A stretch of DNA of 57,282 bases from a virus (taxonomy: Duplodnaviria > Caudoviricetes): the IMG/VR virus record IMGVR_UViG_3300026123_000005, positions 1 through 57,282 of that record; one strand, 5' to 3'. Below, piece by piece: positions 39,123-49,108 of the stretch. How positions within the stretch are numbered: position 1 is the stretch's first letter; each line of letters starts with the position of its first letter. Both the position numbers and the translations under genes were made by a program. The notes below the pieces were generated by a model that saw nothing but the letters and a program-made list of their open reading frames with translations, did no database searches and was not told the DNA's origin.

Positions 39123-40198
39123 TGCCTATAAGAGAGGATGTAGTCAAAGCCAGTGACTTCAACGAAGTTGTTGAACGTTATGAAAAAGTATGGGCAGACA
39201 CATATAATAATACTGACACAGACCCGCTAGACAAAACATATGGATGGGGACAAACATCTGTAGAACCATTGATTGCTTCGGAGCAACTTATACTAGCCGA
39301 AGACTTGAACAGATTGATTGCTCAAGTAAATGCCGGCATAACACATACAAGTAGCACAGAGCCTTTATTAAATAAATTATCGGCGGGTAAATACGAGCAA
39401 GATGGTACGTGGTCTTTTGGTTCTCCAGTATTAGCTGAAAACTTAATCCAAGTACAAGATAAAATAGACTGGCTAAGTGCAAATCGCTTTGATGCTAATG
39501 AATCTTACTTATCCCCATATATGGAATCACACGATGTTCCAGTAAACCTATCATGGACATTTGAGATAACAAATATTGCTTCATTTACATTCCCTACTTA
39601 CAATGACGCTAGACATTTTTTTAACTCAGGCGGCAGTTTGTGTTTTGATTTTGCTTTGCCAGAGATATCGTATGCTTCACCGCCAGGTTATGAATACTGG
39701 AAAAATTTGTTTGATAATGTCGGTGAAATATGTATAAAAGCCACCGAAGTAATAACAGACGGTATAAATGACGGTATCAGTTTAGGTGGATTCTACAATT
39801 TAACAAATGGTGGCAGTCTAGCTACGATATGGGAAGCACAAGGCCAAGCATACGCAGGAGCATATGGAGCATATGGAGGTGGATTGCCTTATACTGGAAT
39901 AGGTGGAGGTTACGGTGGTTATGGACAACGAGCAATTAAACTCGCTGGTAAAGCAGACTACACTCCTGGTGGATATACTATAACATTAGCAATAACATTA
40001 GTAGATGCTGAATGGGCACAATATGATTATATTGATACTATGATTTATCCAATAAATCTAGATGTAGGATATAAACAACCAGTCAATGCTCCGACAATAG
40101 CGGATAATCAACCTAACTACACTGCGGGCAATTACACGTATCAATTTTTAGATAGAACACCACCGACAATTACAGTTACAGGATGGACAGGATCATAA
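39122..40198 (+). CDS. Virion structural protein (fibre-associated)
   Basis: 'YGWGQ', 'ARHFFNSGG' motifs; GAYG/GGYG Gly-Tyr-rich insert. Confidence 0.6.
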   Translation: MPIREDVVKASDFNEVVERYEKVWADTYNNTDTDPLDKTYGWGQTSVEPLIASEQLILAEDLNRLIAQVNAGITHTSSTEPLLNKLSAGKYEQDGTWSFGSPVLAENLIQVQDKIDWLSANRFDANESYLSPYMESHDVPVNLSWTFEITNIASFTFPTYNDARHFFNSGGSLCFDFALPEISYASPPGYEYWKNLFDNVGEICIKATEVITDGINDGISLGGFYNLTNGGSLATIWEAQGQAYAGAYGAYGGGLPYTGIGGGYGGYGQRAIKLAGKADYTPGGYTITLAITLVDAEWAQYDYIDTMIYPINLDVGYKQPVNAPTIADNQPNYTAGNYTYQFLDRTPPTITVTGWTGS

Positions 40199-40199
40199 C

Positions 40200-40559
40200 A
40201 TGGCAATAACATTACGAAGCACAAAAGGAAGCGAATTAACATACGCTGAAGTTGACGCTAACTTCACAACTTTAGAAAATGACTTAACTATAACTAACAC
40301 GTTGCTCGGTGTGACACAAACTGATTTAGCTACGTTAGAAGGTGATGTAACTGCATTAGACGGAAGATTAACAACAGCAGAAGCGAGCATTACCACAGTC
40401 CAAGCTGACTTGATCGCAGCAGAGGCTACTATTGTTGCATTACAAGCTGACTTAGCTGCGGCAGAGGCTACTATTGTTACATTACAAGCTGACTTGGCCG
40501 CGGCCGAAGCGGCAATAACAGCACTAGATGCTCGTGTCACAGCATTAGAAACACCATAA
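40200..40559 (+). CDS. Short coiled-coil fibre-like protein
   Basis: 'ITLRSTKGSELTYAEVDANF' fibre attachment-type N-terminus followed by heptad repeats. Confidence 0.7.
   Translation: MAITLRSTKGSELTYAEVDANFTTLENDLTITNTLLGVTQTDLATLEGDVTALDGRLTTAEASITTVQADLIAAEATIVALQADLAAAEATIVTLQADLAAAEAAITALDARVTALETP
40401..40510 (+). repeat. 42-bp (14-aa) tandem repeat, about 2.6 copies
   Basis: caagctgactt at 40401, 40443 and 40485 encoding QADL.AAEATIV.L. Confidence 0.85.
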
Positions 40560-40570
40560 TCACAAAGAAT

Positions 40571-40617
40571 CCTGTTGACTAAATACAGTTGACAGGAAAT
40601 CATTTCTGTATTACAAT
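40571..40617 (+). promoter_or_regulatory. Composite element: hairpin, late TAAATA motif and sigma70 promoter
   Basis: CCTGTTGACT-AAATAC-AGTTGACAGG hairpin with G-U pairs; ACTAAATA 40578-40585; TTGACA 40589-40594, 17 nt, TACAAT 40612-40617. Confidence 0.75.
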
Positions 40618-40644
40618 TAACTAAACCCAATACTGGAGGAATCA

Positions 40645-41016
40645 ATGGACGAACGTCTACAGAAGGCTCTAGAGTTTAGTAACTATACTCTTACTCTAAA
40701 CAACCAAAAGAAAAACATTAAAAATCGTGTAGCTCAGCTACAAACAGTACATTACAAAGATGGCGTATTCAAAGCAGACCCTACGACTATTGCATTTGTT
40801 GATGCTATGATTAGAATGAATGAAGCAGACCCATCAAAAGGAAAGCTGAGTGAAACTATCATCGTAGATACCAATGAAAATCCTATTATGATTAGTAATC
40901 TGTCGGATTTCATGGAAAAGTTAATGACGGCATATAATTCTGCTATGTTAGAATACGATACTGAATATCAGAAGTTAAAGAAAGCAAGAAATATTAAGAA
41001 ATTGATGGATTGGTAA
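40645..41016 (+). CDS. Hypothetical protein
   Basis: 123 aa, GGAGG SD, 'MDERLQKALEFSNY', 'DTNENPI'. Confidence 0.8.
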   Translation: MDERLQKALEFSNYTLTLNNQKKNIKNRVAQLQTVHYKDGVFKADPTTIAFVDAMIRMNEADPSKGKLSETIIVDTNENPIMISNLSDFMEKLMTAYNSAMLEYDTEYQKLKKARNIKKLMDW

Positions 41017-41018
41017 TA

Positions 41019-41912
41019 ATGGAATACGAAGATAAAGAAGGCATATGCTTCTTTGCGTATAATAATGATAAAATTGACTACATCAAACTAACTATTATTG
41101 CTGCAAGATACGCCAAAAGATACCTAAACAAACCTGTGTGTCTTATAACAGACACAGGCACAGCGGCATGGCTAGAACAAAGTCAAGATAAAAAAATTGC
41201 TGAAGAATGTTTTGATTACATTGTTACAACAAATGATAAATTCAAAGATAACATGCGAGGACACTTTGATAGTCCCTGGACAGAATTTCGTGCTCAATTT
41301 AAAAATAGTAACAAACACAAAATATGGCAATATTCTCCTTTTGAGAAAACACTTCTGCTAGATGTTGACTACATTGTAAAAAATGATTACCTAAACCATG
41401 TATGGGATTCAGGTAAAAATGTAGCAATGTACGACCAAGCGCGTAGTATTCGTAATGATATGCCACACCATCGTGAGCAGTGGTTATACGAAGCTGGTAT
41501 TAAAATGTGGTGGTCAACAGTTGTTTACTTTGATAGAAGCGAGGTCAGTGAGTTATTTTTTGATACATGGGCACATGTTGCTGATAATTATGACTACTAT
41601 CAATATCTATATAATTTCCCTGGCAAACTGTTTCGCACAGATTATTGTGTAAGTGTGGCTTCTCATATATTAAATGGAATGCAAGACGGTGAAGTTATCT
41701 CCACATTTGGCGATATTCCTATGTTCTATATGGACCAAAAGGATGACATAGTACAAGTAGATAGCGTCCAAGACTGGATAATGTTAGCACATGATCAAAA
41801 AGAAAAATGGAAGAATATCGTGGTTAAGCAACACCATTTAGATGTACATGCTATGAATAAACGAGCCATAGAACGTAATTGGTCGCAAATAATGGAGCTT
41901 TTAGATGAGTAA
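41019..41912 (+). CDS. Glycosyltransferase-like (GT-A, GT8-like) protein
   Basis: 'SPFEKTLLLDVDYIV' DxD motif, 'WSTVVYF', 'FRTDY', 'HAMNK'; start at ATG 41019 or GTG-free alternative 41010 uncertain. Confidence 0.65.
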   Translation: MEYEDKEGICFFAYNNDKIDYIKLTIIAARYAKRYLNKPVCLITDTGTAAWLEQSQDKKIAEECFDYIVTTNDKFKDNMRGHFDSPWTEFRAQFKNSNKHKIWQYSPFEKTLLLDVDYIVKNDYLNHVWDSGKNVAMYDQARSIRNDMPHHREQWLYEAGIKMWWSTVVYFDRSEVSELFFDTWAHVADNYDYYQYLYNFPGKLFRTDYCVSVASHILNGMQDGEVISTFGDIPMFYMDQKDDIVQVDSVQDWIMLAHDQKEKWKNIVVKQHHLDVHAMNKRAIERNWSQIMELLDE

Positions 41913-42747
41913 TGTTATTGATGACCGTGGCTATGTCATTGTTGCTATGGATAGTCATGAGCAAATGGCCGCGGCGGCGTGTTCGTATAGTATTAAAATA
42001 AAAGACAAAAATGCTAAGGTCGCTATTGTATTACCTTATGTTGACTCATTAGAGGAGCATATAGAACCCGCATTTGATTATGTTGTTCAATTACCATACG
42101 GATATGATGAAATACGAAGAGTCAACGATTGGCAATTATACTGGGCAACACCGTTTAAATATAACATAGTAATAGACGTTTATACACTCGTACAAACTGA
42201 TTTATCGCCATTATGGGATACGTTATCTGCGCAACACAAAGTAGCATTTACACAGAGGACTTATGATTTTAAACATCTATCTCGCAGTTTAAATGATATT
42301 CACGATGACATTGATATAGAATTTGTGCCATCTTCTATGTGGTTTTTTGTCGCTGATGATGAGGAATCACTTGAATATTTTAAATTAGCAGACCCGATAC
42401 TTCAAAACTGGCAAGATGTTATAGACAGTGCAGTTGGAAAACAATATCGAAAAAAATATTATCAACCAGATTTTATGAATAGCATAATACTTGATAGAAT
42501 TTGGGACAATAAACGATTCATCACAGATAAGTTTGAATATGTTAGTATGAGTGCTTCTATACATGACTTTGATAACTTGATAGAAGAATCGTGGGCAGAT
42601 TATATTAATTTTTGGATAACAAATAACTGCCGCCTGAAAGTACAAAATTATAACATTGATGATGTTTTTTGTTATGTAAACAAAGAGATAATGACATGGA
42701 AAATTTATGAACAGTACAGAAACTACTACCAATTTGTCTCAAAATAA
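41905..42747 (+). CDS. Glycosyltransferase-like paralogue (DxD degenerate)
   Basis: 'RGYVIVA', 'NDWQLYWATPFKYNIVIDV' parallel the preceding gene. Confidence 0.55.
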   Translation: MSNVIDDRGYVIVAMDSHEQMAAAACSYSIKIKDKNAKVAIVLPYVDSLEEHIEPAFDYVVQLPYGYDEIRRVNDWQLYWATPFKYNIVIDVYTLVQTDLSPLWDTLSAQHKVAFTQRTYDFKHLSRSLNDIHDDIDIEFVPSSMWFFVADDEESLEYFKLADPILQNWQDVIDSAVGKQYRKKYYQPDFMNSIILDRIWDNKRFITDKFEYVSMSASIHDFDNLIEESWADYINFWITNNCRLKVQNYNIDDVFCYVNKEIMTWKIYEQYRNYYQFVSK

Positions 42748-43672
42748 CAAAATTGTATCGTGGATAAAGTTTAATACAAAGACAGGAAAAATATACAGTA
42801 TATCTAATACTGAAATTTTTTCTAACCAAGCTGATATTGGGATTATACAAACGACTAATCCACTTGCGTTATCGGCAAGAAAACAAAGTCTTAGAAAGTT
42901 TTCGGTCAAATGGGATTTATTCAATGAATGTTGGGATATCGCTCAAGACACGGGAGTGTTGGTCATTCAAGATTTGAATTATCCTATTTACGAAATAACA
43001 ACAAACAATCCTAATACAAGTGATATCAACGTAAAAATATTTAAAAAGCTGGACCTATTAGAGATATCTGCGAATATATCTAGTATAAAAAATAGTATGA
43101 ATCTAAGTGAGATATATCAAATCATCACACCTTCTACTGTTAATATGAATTTATATCTAGCAGACAAGAACGACCCTGATAGATACATTGCTACTATTCC
43201 CATTGAACCAAATGATTTGGTCAAAAATGGTACTATTCAACTAAAATTGGATAATATCACAGACTATGTTAAATGGGAAGATGTTAGCATACATACACGA
43301 AAAGTTTTTAACGATTACAGCATTGAGTTTATTGATACTGTCATAACTAAAAAATCTATAAATAATAGACCATTACAGACTGCTGATTATGCTGAAGGTC
43401 ACATAGAGATAAGTAATGTAGATGGCAAAGTTATAGTAACAAGTCACATCAACGAGACTAATTCTTACATGGTTTCTGGCAGAAATAACTTGATGTTTAT
43501 GGTATCAGATGATATTATAGACAACATAGTGGGAGTATTTTATGTTTCCACTGGACAACTAATTAAAAAAGACATACTAAGTATAGACATAGACTTTGAA
43601 TGGCCAGTCAATCCAGTGCTGACCTACAAGAACAAATATTTGAATGTTACAGTGGTAGGAGGAAACCAATGA
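42707..43672 (+). CDS. Hypothetical protein
   Basis: 321-aa ORF coupled to neighbours by overlaps. Confidence 0.7.
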   Translation: MNSTETTTNLSQNNKIVSWIKFNTKTGKIYSISNTEIFSNQADIGIIQTTNPLALSARKQSLRKFSVKWDLFNECWDIAQDTGVLVIQDLNYPIYEITTNNPNTSDINVKIFKKLDLLEISANISSIKNSMNLSEIYQIITPSTVNMNLYLADKNDPDRYIATIPIEPNDLVKNGTIQLKLDNITDYVKWEDVSIHTRKVFNDYSIEFIDTVITKKSINNRPLQTADYAEGHIEISNVDGKVIVTSHINETNSYMVSGRNNLMFMVSDDIIDNIVGVFYVSTGQLIKKDILSIDIDFEWPVNPVLTYKNKYLNVTVVGGNQ

Positions 43673-44661
43673 GTAATATGGTTAGCGTCAATGAATTTGA
43701 TATTATATTCATTAGCTACGATGAACCTAACGCAGATGAAAACTTTGCAGACTTACAGGATAAATGTCCATGGGCAAAACGCAGTCATGGAGTAGAAGGT
43801 AGTGATGCCGCTCACAAAGCTGCCGCGGAAATGTCGGACACTGATAGATTCATTACAATTGACGCGGATAATATTGTTCATGCTGATTTCTTTGATGTGG
43901 AGATTGACATGGATAAAATTGCCGATACTGATGTTATCAGTTGGGCAGGCAAGAACGAAATCAACGGTCTTGTTTATGGCAATGGCGGCATCAAATGCTG
44001 GCCAAAACCAGTGGTCATGAATATGAAAACACATGAAAACGCTGACCCTAATAACAAACGCGCACAAGTGGATTTCTGTTGGAACATCAACTATGTACAG
44101 ATGAATAACATCTACTGTGATGTTATGAATAATGGTTCACCGTTGCAAGCATGGCGTGCAGGCTTCCGCGAAGGCGTAAAAATGGGACTGGTTGATGGTG
44201 ATGTAGTTGACCCTAAAAACATTAAAAAAGTGCATGACAAAAACTTCAAACGACTTCTTACTTGGATGAGCGTCGGAGAAGATGTTACTAATGGAATATG
44301 GGGTGTATATGGCGCCAGACTAGGATGTTACATGACTAATATCAAGCGAGAAGATTGGGATTGGCGAAATGTCCGTGACTTTGAGTGGTTGACAAACTTT
44401 TTCAAAACAGAAGTATTCCCACAATTTGAAGTACAAGAAGGTGGCGAATTGTGTGTCCGCACCGGTATGCGATGGGACTACGATAAATTGAAAAAAGAAA
44501 CCGACGAATTAGGCATTATTCTCCGTAGAGAGTTAGACCTTGAAATTGCTGATTTGGGCAAAGAAGGTTCTCGTTTCTTCAAAAAAGTATATATCAATCC
44601 TAGTCGTATGGGCGCACAAGTTCGCGAAGACCAAGTAGAAGATACTTTAGAGAAAGATTAA
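43669..44661 (+). CDS. Glycosyltransferase-like (GT-A) protein
   Basis: ATG 43669 with GGAGG SD overlapping the previous TGA; 'FISYDEPNAD', 'ITIDADN' DxD, 'YGNGGIK', 'AWRAGFREGVK'. Confidence 0.65.
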   Translation: MSNMVSVNEFDIIFISYDEPNADENFADLQDKCPWAKRSHGVEGSDAAHKAAAEMSDTDRFITIDADNIVHADFFDVEIDMDKIADTDVISWAGKNEINGLVYGNGGIKCWPKPVVMNMKTHENADPNNKRAQVDFCWNINYVQMNNIYCDVMNNGSPLQAWRAGFREGVKMGLVDGDVVDPKNIKKVHDKNFKRLLTWMSVGEDVTNGIWGVYGARLGCYMTNIKREDWDWRNVRDFEWLTNFFKTEVFPQFEVQEGGELCVRTGMRWDYDKLKKETDELGIILRRELDLEIADLGKEGSRFFKKVYINPSRMGAQVREDQVEDTLEKD

Positions 44662-44663
44662 TA

Positions 44664-45155
44664 ATGGCAATAAAAGCAATACTAGCATGTGACGAAAGGG
44701 GAGGTGTCGGCAAAGACGGCACTCTACCTTGGCCAAATAACTCTAAAGACTTGAAATGGTTCAAAGATAACACAACAGGTCATGTAATCGTCATGGGTTC
44801 TTCTACATGGAATGACCCGCACATGCCATGTCCTATGCCTAACCGCATCAATGTAGTAGTAACTAATCAAGATGAATCTAACTTTGATTGTGATGGCATC
44901 TTGAAAGGTGACCTAAATCTTGCTACACTTAGACTACAAGATATGTACACTGATAAAGATATATGGTTAATCGGCGGCCCTAAGATTATTGAGCAAACAC
45001 TAGGCATCATTGAAGAGTTCTACATTAGTCGCATTCCTGGCAACTATAGTTGTGATACATTCTTGCCACTAACAAAGATTAACACACTTTTTGAGCGTAC
45101 ATGGCAAGAAGTACACCCAGAAGTAACATTTGAGATATGGAAGAAGAAAAAATAA
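44664..45155 (+). CDS. frd: Dihydrofolate reductase
   Basis: 'GVGKDGTLPW', 'DLKWFK..T', 'VMGSSTW', 'PNRINVVVT', 'IGG', 'CDTF'. Confidence 0.95.
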   Translation: MAIKAILACDERGGVGKDGTLPWPNNSKDLKWFKDNTTGHVIVMGSSTWNDPHMPCPMPNRINVVVTNQDESNFDCDGILKGDLNLATLRLQDMYTDKDIWLIGGPKIIEQTLGIIEEFYISRIPGNYSCDTFLPLTKINTLFERTWQEVHPEVTFEIWKKKK

Positions 45156-45370
45156 AAATTGGCACCTGGGTTGATGTACATGAGAATGACGAATATATTG
45201 GCTACGGTAAAGTAGCCAAAATAGAAAATATTCTACTTAAACGGTATCCATATTTGATCATATTTCAAAATAATAATCAAGCTCCGCGTGAACAATGGTT
45301 TGATGAAAACGAACTAACTATTATTCCAGACCAAGAAATGTTTATTAAATTACTAGCAGAGGACAAATGA
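45137..45370 (+). CDS. Hypothetical protein
   Basis: 77-aa ORF overlapping DHFR and ThyA ends. Confidence 0.6.
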   Translation: MEEEKIKIGTWVDVHENDEYIGYGKVAKIENILLKRYPYLIIFQNNNQAPREQWFDENELTIIPDQEMFIKLLAEDK

Positions 45371-46278
45371 AACAATATTTAGAAGCACTAGAGTATATTC
45401 TAGAAAACGGAGACAAACGTGAAGATAGAACGGGTACCGGAACTATTGGCGTTTTCGGTTATACTAGCCGTTATAATCTACGTGATAGTTTTCCTGCCGT
45501 AACAACAAAGAAACTAGCATGGCGCTCGGTAGTAAGCGAGCTACTATGGTTTCTAGAAGGCAGTGACGATGAACGCCGACTAGCAGAGATACTATATGAA
45601 GCACCACGCTCAGAGTTAATAGACAAGACTACTATTTGGACTGCTAATGCTGATGCTCAAGGTGTAGCATTGGGATACGAAAACAATGCGCTGGTAAAGA
45701 AACTAGGACCAGTGTATGGCGTACAATGGCGCAAATGGGAAACAATGCGTGATGTACATACATATGGTAATGACACATTGCTTGGCGTATCAGGACATGT
45801 TGACCAAATACAGAATCTTATTGACGGGCTAAAGAATGACCCATTCAGTCGCCGACATATTCTTAACGCATGGAATGCTGCGAAAGTAGATGAAATGGCA
45901 CTACCGCCATGTCATACAATGGCACAGTTCTATGTTAATCGTAATAATCGTTTGAGTTGTCAACTGTATCAACGTTCGGCTGATATGTTCTTGGGTGTGC
46001 CATTTAACATAGCTTCATACGCATTGTTAACACATATCTTAGCACAACTAACAGGGTTAAAAGTGGGTGAGTTCGTACACACTATTGGTGACGCGCACAT
46101 CTATAGTAATCATGTTGAGCAAGTACGAGAGCAACTAGAGCGTGAACCAGGTGAGCATCCGACGCTAGTGATGCCTGAGTTTGAAACATTGGAAGAGTTG
46201 CTTCAAACAAAAACTTCGCAATATATTCTAGAAGGATATAACCCGATGAATTCAATTAAAGCACCAATGGCGGTGTAG
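45367..46278 (+). CDS. thyA: Thymidylate synthase (canonical ThyA)
   Basis: 'DRTGTGT', 'ELLWFL.G', 'LGPVYG.QWR', 'MALPPCH', 'YQRSADMFLGVPFNIASY', 'GDAHIY.NH', 'IKAPMAV'. Confidence 0.97.
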   Translation: MKQYLEALEYILENGDKREDRTGTGTIGVFGYTSRYNLRDSFPAVTTKKLAWRSVVSELLWFLEGSDDERRLAEILYEAPRSELIDKTTIWTANADAQGVALGYENNALVKKLGPVYGVQWRKWETMRDVHTYGNDTLLGVSGHVDQIQNLIDGLKNDPFSRRHILNAWNAAKVDEMALPPCHTMAQFYVNRNNRLSCQLYQRSADMFLGVPFNIASYALLTHILAQLTGLKVGEFVHTIGDAHIYSNHVEQVREQLEREPGEHPTLVMPEFETLEELLQTKTSQYILEGYNPMNSIKAPMAV

Positions 46279-46292
46279 AAAAGGAATAATAA

Positions 46293-47525
46293 ATGAGTAA
46301 TATAGGTTTTATAGGTACAGGTAAATTGGGACTACCATGTGCTGAAGCAATTGCACAAAAAGGACACAATGTAGAAGGCTACGATGTACTGGAATGTCCT
46401 AGCGAATTTGTCAAACAAGTTGACACAATTGAACAACTAGTACAAAACAAAGACATTGTGTTTGTTGCTGTGCCAACGCCACATGACCCAGCATACGATG
46501 GTAACGCCCCTACAGCACACTTAGACCCAAAAGATTTTGGATATGACATTGTAAAAGAATGTATTACTGAAGCAAACAAATACATGACGCCAGGCCAGTT
46601 ATTGGTTCTTATTTCTACTGTACTACCTGGCACAACACGCCGAGAGTTTGTTGACTTAGTAACTAACACACGATTTGTATACAATCCGTATCTAATTGCT
46701 ATGGGGTCAGTAGCATGGGATATGGTTAATCCAGAAATGGTAATGATTGGCACAAAAGACGGCAGTGAAACAGGTGATGCGAAACAACTCATTGATTTTT
46801 ACAAGACTGTGATGGAAAATGACCCTCGTTACATTGTAGGTACATGGGATGAATGCGAATGTATTAAGGTGTTCTATAACACATTCATTAGTGCTAAGAT
46901 TGGTCTGGTAAACATGATTCAAGATGTAGCAGAGAAGCAAGGCAATATCAATGTTGATGTAGTTACTGACGCACTTGCAAATTCTACGATGCGTATCATG
47001 GGACCACAGTATATGACTGCTGGTATGGGCGATGGTGGTGCTTGTCACCCACGAGATAACATTGCATTACGCTACATGGCACAAGAATTAGATTTGGGTT
47101 ATGATTTGTTTGATTCTATAATGAATGCTCGTGAAATACAGGCAGAGAATCTAGCAAAAGAATTAGTCAAACATGCTGAAGAAAATAATCTGCCAATATG
47201 GATTCATGGTAAAGCATACAAGCCTGGTGTGCCATATCTAGCAGGTAGTTACTCTATGTTGATTGGACATTATGTAGAACAAATGGGACACAGTGTACAT
47301 TACATTGACCCTGAAACTGGCGATACTGAAGAGCCTAGTGGTCCTGCTGTATTTCTAATGGCGCATAGTGCGAGTACAACGTACAAGTACATGACAGAAG
47401 AAGGTGATGGCAACGATAAGTTGTATTGTGTTATTCCTGCTGGAAGTGTTGTAGTTGACCCTTGGCGTAAATTTAATTCAAATGATATCAGAGTGATTCA
47501 TTATGGTAATACACGGGGAAGATAA
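46293..47525 (+). CDS. ugd: UDP-glucose/GDP-mannose 6-dehydrogenase family protein
   Basis: 'GFIGTGKLG' Rossmann, 'FVAVPTP', 'STVLPGT', 'GGACHPRD' catalytic Cys, 'AYKP'. Confidence 0.88.
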   Translation: MSNIGFIGTGKLGLPCAEAIAQKGHNVEGYDVLECPSEFVKQVDTIEQLVQNKDIVFVAVPTPHDPAYDGNAPTAHLDPKDFGYDIVKECITEANKYMTPGQLLVLISTVLPGTTRREFVDLVTNTRFVYNPYLIAMGSVAWDMVNPEMVMIGTKDGSETGDAKQLIDFYKTVMENDPRYIVGTWDECECIKVFYNTFISAKIGLVNMIQDVAEKQGNINVDVVTDALANSTMRIMGPQYMTAGMGDGGACHPRDNIALRYMAQELDLGYDLFDSIMNAREIQAENLAKELVKHAEENNLPIWIHGKAYKPGVPYLAGSYSMLIGHYVEQMGHSVHYIDPETGDTEEPSGPAVFLMAHSASTTYKYMTEEGDGNDKLYCVIPAGSVVVDPWRKFNSNDIRVIHYGNTRGR

Positions 47526-48779
47526 ATGGGATTTCCGCTGGTAATATGTAACAATAACGAATTTAATATAAAAGAATACGAAAATAACAAACATGCAGAC
47601 TTTTGGTTCAACTTTAATAAGTTTAAAGTGTTCACTGTTCGTACAATAGATGAAATACCAGTCGGCGGTAAATATACTGTTTATCTTTCGGTGTACTCTG
47701 ATTTTTACAATGAAGATTATTCTCCTAGATATAGTTGGATTGATGGTGCAAATGGAAGTGTTACTGGATATCATTTTACTATGCCAGAGAGAATCTGGAA
47801 TGATAGTCATGCAGGATTGGTAACATGGATTGTTGAATGGAATACCGAATCTAATTTATGGGATAGAATAGATTTCCGTGGTATGCTTAACGCATTAAAC
47901 ATATCTCACATTCCAGAAAGATTGTGGTTCTTGACAGCAGCCGAAACTGATAATGGTTATAATCCTCGTATTAAAGATTATCTAGAAAATACAATCGGTA
48001 TTCGTGTTTATCATTCTAATGGTCTGGATAAATTTTGTACAGCGGCTAGTTTGGGAGAAGATTATTATAGACATGTAGGACAAAAACTAGAATCTATATC
48101 TAAACGAACAATAACACCTTATAAGGCGGTGTGTTATAATCGTAGACCTAGGGAACACCGTGTATTGATGTTATCTCATATGAGAAACAGAGGATATATT
48201 GATCGTGTTATTCACAGTCTTGGTTTAGGTAATTTTGGTGTAAGCAATATTTCGAAGGAACATTTCCCCTATATGATTGATGATATGGAATTTTATACCA
48301 ACCGTTCGCATGATATAAAACCACAAGAAGATGAGACCAACATTGATCTTGAAGTAAATCAGGCACATGCTGTGTGTTTTCCTCACGGACTAAAATCACA
48401 ACTTCATATAGTTTCAGAATCGGTAACAACAGAACATACATTTATTACAGAAAAATCATACAAGCCATTTTTAATGATGCAACCATTTATACAGTATGGA
48501 AATGTTGACAATGTTAAAGCCATTAAAATGAGAGGATTTGATACATTTGATAAATGGATTGACCATAGTTACGATACCGAGAATGATGATATGCTTCGTC
48601 TTAAATACTTTTTTAAAGAGTTAGATAGACTTATGGCATTTTCAGATGTTCAATGGGCAGAAATGATGTACGACATGGCGGACACATTATGTTATAATGC
48701 AGAATTGGTAGAACGTGTTCAGCCTCATTTTCCTATTAAATATTTTATAAAAGAATTGATGGATTTTTATAACAGTTAA
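47526..48779 (+). CDS. Hypothetical protein, possibly GT-B glycosyltransferase-like
   Basis: 'NRRPREHR', 'IVSES', 'FITEKSYKPF', 'GFDTF..WIDHSYD'; ITEK motif reminiscent of GT10-like proteins. Confidence 0.55.
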   Translation: MGFPLVICNNNEFNIKEYENNKHADFWFNFNKFKVFTVRTIDEIPVGGKYTVYLSVYSDFYNEDYSPRYSWIDGANGSVTGYHFTMPERIWNDSHAGLVTWIVEWNTESNLWDRIDFRGMLNALNISHIPERLWFLTAAETDNGYNPRIKDYLENTIGIRVYHSNGLDKFCTAASLGEDYYRHVGQKLESISKRTITPYKAVCYNRRPREHRVLMLSHMRNRGYIDRVIHSLGLGNFGVSNISKEHFPYMIDDMEFYTNRSHDIKPQEDETNIDLEVNQAHAVCFPHGLKSQLHIVSESVTTEHTFITEKSYKPFLMMQPFIQYGNVDNVKAIKMRGFDTFDKWIDHSYDTENDDMLRLKYFFKELDRLMAFSDVQWAEMMYDMADTLCYNAELVERVQPHFPIKYFIKELMDFYNS

Positions 48780-49108
48780 TGAAAATAGACAATATAAACA
48801 ATTACAATCTAGGCTGGCTTGTTGGTAACTTTGAGCCAGCCTTGTTACATTCCAGCGATATTGAAATAGGCATAAAGTATCTTCCCGTTAGTACTCATAT
48901 TGAAAGACATTATCAAAAAGTAGCAACTGAATATAATTACATTGTTACTGGTAAAGTAAATGCCAATGGCAGTGAGCTAACCACAGGTGATATTTTTATC
49001 TATGAGCCTGGCGAAATAACAGAATTAAAGATATTAGACGATACAACTATATTGGTATTTAAAACTCCTAGCTTGGGTTATGATGATAAGGTAGTGTGTG
49101 ATGATTAA
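48779..49108 (+). CDS. Cupin-fold protein
   Basis: 'GWLVGNFEP', 'HYQKVATEYN', 'GDIFIYEPGE', 'KTPS..DK'. Confidence 0.7.
   Translation: MKIDNINNYNLGWLVGNFEPALLHSSDIEIGIKYLPVSTHIERHYQKVATEYNYIVTGKVNANGSELTTGDIFIYEPGEITELKILDDTTILVFKTPSLGYDDKVVCDD

Noticed and set aside
45367-46278. ThyA homologue as a dCMP/dUMP hydroxymethylase for DNA modification
   Set aside because: It retains the dUMP-specifying Asn ('PFNIASY') and all canonical motifs and sits beside DHFR, consistent with ordinary thymidylate synthase.
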